In this document: positions 12,501 to 24,500 of the stretch, piece after piece
How the letters are laid out: the number at the start of each line of letters is the position of its first letter
Position numbering within the stretch: position 1 is the stretch's first letter
Origin: Mustelus asterias
Taxonomy: Eukaryota
Length of the DNA stretch: 64,000 nt
Assembly: GCF_964213995.1 (NCBI RefSeq)
Contig: NC_135821.1
Coordinates: 54,064,001 to 54,128,000, forward strand
Direction: 5' to 3'
The notes under the pieces: model-generated
What the model saw: the letters and a program-made list of their open reading frames with translations, nothing else
The model's database searches: none
Told to the model about the DNA's origin: nothing
Position numbers and translations under genes: made by a program

Positions 12501-15500
12501 CAGAATACTGAATGTATCCAGGAAACTTTTCTGTATAGAATGGTTAACTATTTCAGTACAGGCAGTCCCCGGGTTACGAACGAGTTCCGTTTTTAAGTCT
12601 GTCTGTAAGTCGAATTTGTATGCAATTCAGAGCAGTTACGTACGGTTCACATCTAGCGTCAATTAGTTAAATGTTTGTCTTAGTATATAGTATATATTTT
12701 ACCCAAAACATCTTAAATATAATACAGTAATAATAGTAATAATTAATGGAAATGACAAAACTTGGATTATTTTTATATTTATATGTGTGTTTGCAGGTAC
12801 AGTATAAAAAACATTAAAGTAATTTCTTAAAGTAAACATCAAGGGAGGCTTGAACAGAGCTTTTATTTTTCTCATTATAAATGGCCTTGTAGCAGCTGAG
12901 GCCGTCGGTAACTATCCGGTAAACTTTGGTGAACCTCTCTGCATTAGGATCTTGCTCCTCTAACTTTGCCATCCCTGCTTCAATGAGACGAAAGGCTTCA
13001 GCTAACTCCTTCGTCAGAAACTTCTTGGGTTCTGGGGTTTCTACATCCCGGACTTCTTCCTCAAATGCTATCATCTGCTGCTCCAGCTCCATAAGGTCCT
13101 CATTGGTCAGTTCTTCGTCATGGGATTCAAGCAAGTCTAAGACATCATCTTCATTGATGTCTAACTGCAGTTGATTATTACCAATATCAACCACAGCCTG
13201 CCTGGCTTCGGCAATGTCCTCAGCTGTGAACCCCTTAAAACCATGTGCGAATTGGGGGCACAATTTGTTCCACACTCCTTTCATGTTGGTTGTCTTCACT
13301 TCCTCCCAAGAATCTGCAATGTTTTTGATGCCATCGTAGATGTCGTAATTCCTCCAGAACTCCTTTAAGGTCATTGCATCATCTTGGGTAGCCCTGACTG
13401 CTTGTGAGAAGGTCCGGCGTAAATAGTAAGCCTTAAAGGAGGCTATGACCCCTTGATCCATTGGTTGAAGTAGTGATGTGGTGTTGGGTGGTAAAAAGAC
13501 GACCTTTACATTGAGGTGCAGGTCATCTAAAATGCTTGGATGTCTGGGGGCATTGTCAAGCACGAGAACTTTGAAAGGAATCTTCTTGGCCAAGCAATAA
13601 CATTCAGCAGCAGGAACAAAATAGTTCAGGAACCATTCTTCGAAGAGAGCTTTTGTTACCCAAGCCTTTGTGTTTGACTTCCAAATGACGGGAAGAGATG
13701 CCTTGATGATTCGGCTAAGTGCCCTCGGATTTAGGGAGCGATACACAAGCATAGGCTTAAGCTTGCAATCTCCGGATGCATTACCACCAGGCAATAACGT
13801 TAGCCTATCCTTGGATGCCTTATGCCCTGGAGCAGTTTTTTCCTCTTTTGAAATGTATGCCCTTTCAGGCATTTTTTTCCCCCAAAATAAGCCAGTCTCG
13901 TCTACATTAAATATTTGCTCAGGCACATAACCTCCCTCCTCAATAATTTTTTCCAACATTTCAGGAAACTCTCTCACAGCACTGACATCGGCACTCGCTG
14001 CTTCACCTGGCGCTTTAACATTGTGTAAATTTACCCTCCCTCTGAAACGCTTGAACCAACCCCTACTCAACAAATTCTTCATCACAAGCATCTTCACTTG
14101 CTGCACGTGCAGCTTTTAAATCACTGAAAAGGCTTTGAGCCTTTTCTTGCACTAAGCCAAGGCTAATAGGAATGTTACGCTGATTTTGATCCTCTAACCA
14201 AATTACCAATAGCCTTTCCATTTCGATAATTAAACCACTGCGCTGCTTAGTGATAATTGTCGCTTTCATCGGGACAGAGCCTTTTACATGCTCCATTATT
14301 CTCCCCTTGTCCTTTATAATTGTCCCGATCGTTGACCGACTGTAGCCTCACGTTTTTTCAACGTTTGTTGGCGTTTCACCACTCTCCGATTGCTTTATTA
14401 TTTCCATTTTCGTTTCGTGACCGTTTTCCTTTTCTTCGATGCATCACCATCACTTGCATCAGATTTACGCTTTGGAGCCATGATTACGAGGGTAAATACA
14501 CGAAAACTTTAAGTCAAAACAACGCACACAACACCGTTTACGCAATCCGACTTAAAATGGCGACGTCGTCGTGGCGCTGTTCTCCCTCGGGCCGACGAAC
14601 CGCTGAAAACGCGCAGTGTTTTGAGCGCCGCACAATGTAGTCCGCCCGTTCGTTAGTACGAACCATTGTATGTCACTCAATTTTTTTAAATAATAGGAAT
14701 AATAGGTCGGTACACAAGTACGGGCGTTCGTAACCCGGGGACTGCCTGTATAAAGTCCTCTGTTCAATTTAATGCTTGGAAATCTATACATCCTTGCAGT
14801 CTTTGAATTGACCAGCTGGGACAAACAAGTCTCGAACAGGTGCCAGAGTGTGGCAACTGGCGGATTTTCACAGTAACTTCATTGCAGTGTTAATGTAAGC
14901 CTACTTGTGACACTAATAAACAAACTTTAAAACTTTAAACTGATGAACCTATTGCTCTTCACACTCCGGAGGTCAAACCAAAGGAGGTCTGCATTTCAGC
15001 AATTGTAAGCATCTCAAGGAATTTTGCCAAAGCCAGATTCCTGGATAACAAACTACCAATCTGCTAAAAAGTAAGACAGCAAATGTGAGTAAGTGGGATG
15101 TTACACAAGTGCAGAATGAGACGTTTCTAATGTAGGAGCTTTACTCTAGATTTGCAAGATATCATACAGGAAGATGTCTCTAAAAATGTTCTCTTACTTG
15201 AGCAAGGACATGGCACTTCCTTGGCAAGCTGGTCGTGGTCGTTTCTTGAAGAAGTCATGAATGGTTTTTGGCTGTGGCAGATGATATGGTAGAGATAAGT
15301 TTGCCTCTGAGAAAAGAAGTGCATAACGTTACTAACAGGGTTACAAGCGGTTCAACAACTGGCATTCCAGGTCAGAACTGTAGTTTTTGTTGCACGGCAG
15401 GGCAATGGTCAGGTCTTTCCCCACCACTTCTCCCCCGCTCCACTTCATGCCCACCCTGCTCTCGCTCTCCAAACTAAAGCTTCTCACCCCGGGTACCATC

Positions 15501-18500
15501 TGAGTAAATTTCTTCACAATGCTCTGTCACTTGGACATCCTTTCTGAATCACAGCATCCAAAAGCTGAGCATAACAATTCAATTGTTACAAAGGGATACA
15601 AAGCATGAAGCATTGACTTCTGGATGACACCACATTGTACATCACGTCAGCCTGAAAAACATCCATTAACCATTACTAGTTTATAACCACCTTTGGATCA
15701 TACCACTATATCCTCAAATACCGTTTTCTTACATCTGCAGTACTCCTCAACCAATGCCTTTTCAATGTGTATACCAAATCAGATGTACTTTTGTCCAAAG
15801 ATTAATTATTCATCAAGTCCTTAAAACGGAGTAGCAGGAAGTAGCAAGAGGAAATATACGTACAGGCAGTCCGTTCTTAGACTTACGACACAATTGGTTC
15901 CCAAAAACCACGCTGTAGCTCAAACATCAAAGTCAAGGACTGCCTGCACAAGTAGAAGTTAATTCAGATGCTTTAAACCTCACCTCGCATCAAGCGCTGA
16001 GTTTCACTGTGAATCTGACGGATTGCCTCCTTACTCTGTTTCGCCGCCTTCCTCTCTGTACGTACCTTTAAAGGACAAAAGCAATAAAAATTATATTAGG
16101 TAGAGAGGTATAGAACCCAAGACATGAGCAAATGAAATATAATATCCAAAAGTAACCATAAAATGTTTATCTTGGGAGTGCTGGTCACCAGAAAGACTGC
16201 ACTGGATGCAGCATAGCTTCAGTGATCCTTTAGCCTCATCCTCAATAACTGGTTTTATCTATACTCAGGCAATAGAGATTCACAATTTCATTTGAATCAC
16301 GAAAAATAGTCCAAAAAGATGTACATAAACATTGAAAAATTTCTCAATACCGATGCAGAACATTGAAATTTGAGCAATCACATCATGCAGCACTACATTT
16401 TGTCAATGACTCAACACGGAAGTCATGGATTGGTTAGTGGCCAGAATGTCTTAATGGTAGTCAAGCATCACCAGAGATCAGAAAATCAAATAATGTCACA
16501 AACCACTGTTATAATGAAAGAAATATCCCTGTATATTTCATAAATCAGCAGTCACTTCCTATACATAGGTGCTCATGATTGAAGGCATGATGACTACTGC
16601 GACTTCAGTAGCTGCCTGATTGAATAACATTGCACTTTTAGTGCATCTGCAATAGTTAGTGTCTGAAAGAAATATTACATTTCAAACCATAACTTATATT
16701 TAAGTTTTTGAGATGTGGCTGGTGACCACAACTTAACATTATCATAGGCTCAAGATTTGTTGGTTAGGCATGTATCCATGTTTTAAAAAGCAGAAGTTGT
16801 AGCACAGAAACAGACCATTTGGCTCAACTGGTCAATGTCAGCATTTATGCTCCACAGAAATTTCTCCTCAAGGGCACAGGAAAAGGATAAGATGACCAAA
16901 TAACTCATTGAACCAGCCTGCTCTGCTGTTCAATACGGTTGTGGCTGACCTTGGGCTTCAACTCCACATTCCTACCCTCTCCCCATATCCTGCGATTCTG
17001 AGAGACTATCCGAGGTTGAAAGGTATTCAATGGTGGAACGTCCACGATGCCTGGGGCAGAGAATTTCAAAGATTCGTCCCCTTTAAGTGAAGTAATTTCT
17101 CATCTCAGCCCGAAACAATTGGCCCCTTATCCTGAGACTGTGTTTTAGATTGCCAGACCAGTGGAAACAATCTCTCAACATCTACCTCATCAAGTCCTTT
17201 CAGAACCTTCTTTGTTTCAATAAGACAGCCTCTCATTTCTTAGGGAGACCCAAACTGAGTTGATTAGGCTCAATAAGGATTTACTGATTTAAATTACAAA
17301 TACAACATTCATATAAAGTTCAGGAACTTTGAGCTAACTGGACAAACTAAATAAGTAATATCAAATGCCTGAATAAGAGTGTATTAAGCAAGGGGCACGA
17401 TAGACTTGCCTTATTGAACTCACTTATAGTTTCCCAAATGTCTCTCTCTTTATATATCTATTTCAATTCTAAAATATGAACCAATTCAAGGTGCAGTAAA
17501 TAGGGATAGCCATAGCCCCCAAGAGACCATAGGTATCTGTCAGAGAAAGAAGTGGTTACAAAGCTTATGGGGCACCATTCTGCATCGAGCAAGGGGAGGA
17601 GGCAGGCACCCACTAACTACCACATGTGAGCATGTCACAACATAATAAATCCCAGTAATAGAATTGCAGCAAATAACCTACAAATAAAACAATCCTTCAA
17701 AAGAGCAGATTGGTAGAAAAAGCATACAGATTGCAGTAAACATAATCTGCTTAGGGAAACTGCTATAAAGTTATTTATAAAAAAACCTAATTAGGTTGTA
17801 GAGTTTTTTTTAAAAAGGAATTTAAGAATAAAAATTTATAAAGCGTTAAAATAGAACGGGAGAAAATGTCAAAAGATTATTTCAGTCACTACTATAATTT
17901 TGAGGAAAGTGGCTATTCCTAAACATGACACGTTGGGCCTGATTTTACCATTTTGCGTCTAAGTGCCGAATCCGGGCATCAAATAGATCCGCGCCTGGAA
18001 TCCTCTTTCCAGCGCGCCCATACGCATTTTGCCAGTTCCGGTCCGATTCACGCTGTGGGCAGGGCTTAGCGCTGGCGGACCGATCGGAGCTCTGAACTGC
18101 GCATGCACAGTTCGAAAAAAATATCGGCGCAGCCAGTCTGTGGCCGATCCCTCCTCTCAGAGTGGACGTGTGGCCATGCCATCCCACAACACCTTCAGGA
18201 TGAAGCGATTCCTTGCTAAGATGATGAGGCAGAACCAGCCGATTCCACAGTGGATCCGCATGAAAACCGGCTACAAGATCAGTACAACTCCAAGAGGAGA
18301 CACTGGAGAAGGACCAAGCTGGGCCTGTAAAGGGATACACCATCACTGGTACACTACCAGCCACAGATTACTCTTCCCTGCAGGGGCAAGAGAGCGGGAG
18401 AGATGGCAGTGGCTGGTAGTGTACCAGTGATGGTGTATCCCTTTACAGGCCCAGCTTGGTCCTTCTCCAGTGTCTCCTCTTGTACTTATACTGATCTTGT

Positions 18501-21500
18501 AGCCGGTTTTCATGCAGATCCACTGTGGAATCGGCCGGTTCTGCTTCATCTTCTTAGTGAGGAATCGCTTCATCCTGAAGGTTTTGTGGGATGGCATGGC
18601 CGCACGTCCACTCCGGGAACAGGGATCGGCCGCTTTATAAATTTTTATTCTTAAATTCCTTTTTAAAAAAAACTCTACAACCTAATTAGGTTTTTTTATA
18701 AATAACTTTATAGCAGTTTCCCTAAGCAGATTATGTTTACTGCAATCTGTATGCTTGGCAGCGGACCCCCCCCCCACCAGAGGATGACCTGCCCCCCCCC
18801 CACCCACCCAAACCAGAGGATGACCTGGGTCAGAGAGCCGTTGCAGGCTCTGACCCCGCTCTTCGGAAGCTGCAGCGACGACTTCAGACTTTTATTTTTC
18901 AGGTCGCTTACAGCGCGGATGCGGAACAGACCAGAGGACGGTAAAGTGGGATTTGGCGGTAGAGTTGGGTGCGCGGTTCATTAAGTCGATTTAAATGCAT
19001 GCAAATGCATTCAAATCGTCAGGCCGCCCGATTCGGGAGCGGGCCGGACCCGCGCCCGAATCGGGTGTCAGTAAAGCCGCGACCTGCTCGGAATTGGGTG
19101 CAGATCGCGGTATAGGCCCAATGCCCAACTTTACCGTGATTTCGCGTCCGAAAACAGAACCTTGTGTGCAATAAACAGTGACCTATCCTTAGCCAATTAC
19201 CTTTTTCTCTTCTATTTGCATCAACGATTCCTCGCAGTCATAATCCTGGAGATTTTTAGCAGATGGAACCAGTTTGGTACTCTAAAATCAGAAATAAACA
19301 ACTGGGAAAACGCTCAGCAACTGTACAAGAAACCAAACTCCAACACAATTAAATTTACAAATGCCTAAATCCTGCACTGAAATAGTTTCGAATTAAAAGA
19401 ACAAAAAGTAATAATGATCGGGTGAACTATTTGCTCAATCATGTGAGATATTTTATTCCCTATACTATATCGAATAGATGGTAAGAAATCATCAATCCAG
19501 ATAGAATCCTCTCTACTCTTGATCTCCATCCAATGTGTCCTGCTAGGAAGTGCACGCAAATGGACACTGACAAGGGCAAGATCGGCATCATGAATAAGTG
19601 ATTTTTAACATTTAATTTCAATCAGAGTGCAGATGGTAATTGTTGTTCACGGACTAAAATAAATGTCTAGAAAAGAGTTTGGCAGCAACAACTTCTATTT
19701 ATGTAGCACCTTTAATATAAAGCTTCCCAAGGCTCTTCACAGAAACATTATAAAACAAAGTATTACACGGTGTCACAAAATAAAAGGAGATATGTCAGAT
19801 GAGCAAAGGCTTGGGAAAAAGGAGGTAGGTAATGTGGAGTTCTTGACGAGAAAAGCAAGATAGAGAGATGTCTGGAGTGTTTCCAGAGTTTGGAGCTGAG
19901 TCAACTGAAGGGCTGGCCACCAACAATGAAGCGATTGAAATGGGGAATCCACAAGAGGCTGGAATTAGGGAAGCGCAGATACCACAAGAGGGTTGTGGGG
20001 TTGGAGGAGAATACAGAGGAAGAGGGAGCCGAGGCCATAGAAGGATTTGAAAACAAGGATGAATATTTTAAAATAAGATGTTGCTTGACTGGGAATCAAT
20101 GGAGGTCAATGTGCACAGTAGTGATAAGGGAACAGCAGCTGGCAAGCAGGTCTAAAATTATACAACTAAGAATTTCTTGTACCATGAATAGCTGAAATTG
20201 TGTCATGAGTGATTCCATGCAGCCAAAACCTAGTTCTGGTAACTGTATTGCATTAATGAATAACCTTCACAAATGATTTGATGACGACTGAGTTTATAAC
20301 AGGTTGGATTAACCCCACCATCTTAAATTTATGTTTGACAGATGTACAAAATCTATTCCTGCACAATCAGATAAACCATTGTAACCTGGGATTCACATTA
20401 CTCATACAGTTCTCACGAGCTCGAATTTTACCCTCCTCACCGGCAGTCTTTTAGTCTGGGGGAAGTATTTGCGTGAAGAGAGAGAACGTGAAATTGAGGG
20501 GATAGGATCTCCCTAGGCTACACAGCAATTTTACTCTGCGGTGGGCAAGGCCATGGATGGGAAGCCTGCCCTTGCTCCAACTGAGACCCTTAAAATAAGG
20601 GCTGTTTCCTGGCCAACCTCAATCTTTAGGCTGGCAGGAAAATTTAATCTTTGTGCAAGCAGGCTGGAAAGAATCAAAGTTGCATCTCAGGTGACGGTGG
20701 TTGGGGGTTCCTCCATGAGAAGCCCCCCATTCTTTCCTTTCCCTCCCAAGGCTTGACCTCTGGCACCTCACCCTCCCCCCCGCTCCATGACCCTCATCCA
20801 CCCGCCCCGCCCCCCCCTCCCTCCGACCACAATACCCCAATTCTTCTCTGCCCTGGCTCCTGTATACACATCTTATCCTGTGACACCAGCCAGGATGTTG
20901 GATTTATGTCACATTATCAGTAACCCCCACAGCTTGCCTCCTGGACTTGCAGAATCTCACTAGCTGTTCTGTCTGGAGACAATACACATCTCTTTAACCT
21001 GTGTTTAATGTTCCCTCCACCCACATTGTCTGTACCTTTAAGACCTGGCTGGCTTTCGGGATTCGCATTCTAATCAGTATTCTGTAACTTGATGTTGTGT
21101 CGCTGTGCACTGTTTAAGAGCACATTTCCACTCCATCTGACGAAGGAGCAGCGCTCTGAAAGCTTATGGTATTTGCTACCAAATAAACCTGTTGGACTTT
21201 AACCTGGTGTTGAGAGACTTCTTACTGGGCTCCAGCACTTAGGCAGGTTGGTCGCTCTTCTGTCCGCTGCAGCGTGGGCAAGCACATATACAAACAAGGA
21301 AGTTGCAAAAGGCAGGACTTTATTGTACTCAAAAGGCAGATTATAGATGGTAAAATCCAGGCTGCTTCTGCCCATGGTACTGCACCCCAACAACAGTTAA
21401 CCCCCTTCTTCACATAAAATTGGCAAAATATTTCAATTTGCGTCGTGAAATACAATTGAAAAAGATGGAAATTGCACTCACTTTGGATTGCTTTGCTTTC

Positions 21501-24500
21501 TTTTTCACTGCTGCCCGTATGGCTTCCAATGATAACTCATCTTCTGCGTCGAGTTCATGTTCATCATCCATTTCAGTCTCAAACAGGTCACTGTTGTTAA
21601 GCAGACAGCCACTGTCATCTGCTGCCTTGAATTCTGTAGACTCTTCCTGAACAGAAGAATTAAAAGTTTAGAGAAATTAATAACGAAAGCGATAATGTAA
21701 TTACTACTATATACTATCTTTAGAGTGCTGGAGTAAATAAAGCTCAAAAGAAATCTTAAAATGTCAAATGGTTCAGGTGGTCAAGTTTAAGCTGTTTTAG
21801 GACACATGGGTAAATATCCATTTCCATACCGGTTTTGCCCGTTTCTTCTTTTTCCTCTTCAGTTTCTCAATCACTTCAAGTTTTTTCTGTGTTTTTTCTC
21901 GCTGTCTCTGAGATTTGTCCTTTCGATTTGCTCGTTCCTTGCGATACTTTGAACATTTTGATTTTTCCTGGCTAAGTGAAGAGCTATCTGAATCAGAGTT
22001 TTTGCATTGGGTTTCTGTTGTGGACAGTTCTTCATCTTCACTGCCAACACAACTAGGTTTCGTCTTCCTCACTTGGTCTTTCTTGTTGAGAACATCCAAG
22101 TCACTTTCATCACTATCCAATGTCACTCTCCGAACACGTCGTAACTTTTTGCTCTTTTCTACAACATTAATATCCAAGTTTTGCTCTTCATTCTCACTCT
22201 CGCCATCCGATTTTGAATTGCTGATTTTGTTCACGTTGCTTGCCTCCCCGTCGCTATCACTCTCCTGCAGAGGTTTTCTTGTAATTTTCTTACAAGTAAA
22301 AATCTCCTCTTCTGAGTCTGGAAGGAAACAAAAAAGCAATTGATTCACTTCTGAAGTGCTCCCAATTCATTATTTATTACATTTGAGTTGGATGTCAACT
22401 TTATTGAATTCCTATTGAAGCATTGAAATTATAGGTTCTGCTTTCTTTGCTACTCAACTAGGAAACAGTTTAAAAGATAGCTCGTAAGAGCCATAGCTTG
22501 AATGTAACACTGGACCTGGGACATTGGGGAGAATACTGCAATTTGAATGTTGGTGTATTATTCAACTGCAGTTGGTCGTACATATTAATCCTCACATCAT
22601 GAGCAACGTGATTATATGCCAGGACATAAGCAAACTGCTGAATTATAATAGTTGTTTAAAAACTTAAGCTTCAGAAACACATTTTCATGACCTATATTTC
22701 CAAAGCCAGTTGGCTTTTGTCAAGAAGCACTCATCTCCAGTACCTACTACTCTCGATCCAAGCCATTTCAAAAGTTGATCACAAATGGCCCACTGAAGTT
22801 AATTCCAACATTCAAGTTTACATTGAGATTTAAGTCTAAAAGAACGATAGAATCATATAGCACTGGAGGAGGCCACTAAGCCCAATGTGCCATCGAAAGT
22901 TGTCTAATTTAATCCTATACCTTGGCTTTCTTCCCCAAACCTCTTCAAGCATACATCCAACTGACTTCCTAAAGATACTATGGAATTTGCTTCCACTACC
23001 CTTTCAGTAGGACATTTCAGATTCTATTATATAATTTCCTCAAAGTATTTTCTTTGATGATTTTAAATATAGGGTTTCTGGTTACCAAAAGACTTGCCAA
23101 ATGAAACAGTTTCTCCATACTTTATCAGAACACCTAATTTTTGAATATTAGAGTTTTGAGGAGAACAATTCCACTCCACAGAATTCGTGTTGCTCGTCTC
23201 TGGGTTCATCCTTGTCATCATTCCCTGTATCCCCTGCAAGGCCATGACATCCTCTCTCTAATATGGCACCTAGATTTGTACCTGATTTCTCCTGCTGGGC
23301 CTAACCAGTAACTGATTATGGTTTCCTGTGTTTCAAGTCAAGTGTAGCTCTTTATAAAGTCAAGGATACTATTGACTCTTAACTGCTTAATCAACTTCAT
23401 TCAACCATTTCCATTGCAGTATTCATAAAAAAGCCAAGAGAATTAACTGGAATTAGGGCGCACTGTCTTCCACTACCTGGTACAAACAACTAACTTAGAT
23501 CAGCAAACACTGACATCTGGAACATTCACAATTGGCATACTCAAGTATTTTTTGACAGAAAGCTTTCAAGACAATAAACATCAGGTTTGATATTATGAAT
23601 GAACTAATGGGACCTTGCAAGCTGATAATCAAGTCACGCAGAATAGAACACAAACCTTTGTCAGAGTGGCAGGTTTCTTTGTTCAAATGCAGGGAGACAA
23701 GTCCACAACTTCCCTTGCCGCTGTCAGTATCACTGTCATTTATTTTCTCCTCACCAAAAGTTAACTGGAAAGAAAACACAAAAACAGATCACATTTTGGT
23801 CGCAGAAACAAAATTCCTAATTCCTATTGAATTTTCTCAATATTTCAAAGTTGGAAGGGAAGAGAGCTATTAGATGTGGAATGGATTACAATCATTGACT
23901 TCAACTTTGGGCATTATTCAGACCAGAGTGTCAGTACAAAGGATTCTCCCCCATATTTGTTTGAACCTTTTAAATCAACCAGCCTCTCAAACAAATTGCA
24001 TTGATTTTACAGCTCAAACAGGCTACGTGGCCTCAACCAGTCCACGCCAATGTTTATGCTCCAGTCAAGCCTCCTTCCACCTAACGAATCTAACCCCATC
24101 AGTATATCCTTCTATTCCTTTCTCCTTCTTGTGGATCCCCAACATTGCATTAAAATGTTATCACATGGAGCAGTTGAGGTAATAGATGCATTTTAAAGGT
24201 GGATGCTAATACTTTCTTAGAGATTTCCCCTAAGTTCCTCATCGAATTTAATATCGACGAACATACATCTTGAACCATCTCAAATAGAAGAACAAAGAAC
24301 AATACAGCACAGGAACAGGCCCTTCGGCCCTCTAAGCCCGTGCCGCTCCCTGGTCCAAACTAGACCATTCTTTTGTATCCCTCCATTCCCACTCCGTTCG
24401 TGTGGCTATCTAGATAAATCTTAAACGTTCCCAGTGTGTCCGCCTCCACCACCTTGCCTGGCAGCGCATTCCAGACCCCCACCATCCTCTGTGTAAAATA

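Larger units (their letters stand above)
17720..18756. repeat. Near-perfect ~125-bp inverted duplication (17720-17844 / 18630-18756)
   Basis: aagcatacagattgcagt...tttataaagcg against its reverse complement cgctttataaa...atctgtatgctt. Confidence 0.93.
17935..19160. mobile_element. GC/CpG-rich non-autonomous (MITE-like) element hosting the RPL39 fold-back
   Basis: Abrupt GC-rich block in an AT-rich intron; begins GGGCCTGATTTTACC, resembling the ends of the 20420-21362 element; internal palindrome cgatttaaatgcatgcaaatgcattcaaatcg; right terminus appears truncated. Confidence 0.5.
20420..21362. mobile_element. MITE-like element interrupted by a Penelope fragment
   Basis: Ends gaattttacc / ggtaaaatcc; GC-rich interior. 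Confidence 0.45.

Noticed and set aside
14320-14824. ORFs overlapping the Tigger 5' end
   Set aside because: Antisense or off-frame readings of the transposon
18029-18597. Functional RPL39 gene(s) or novel 133/84-aa proteins
   Set aside because: Both copies are frameshifted at codon 36; the extensions are read-through of repeat and spacer DNA
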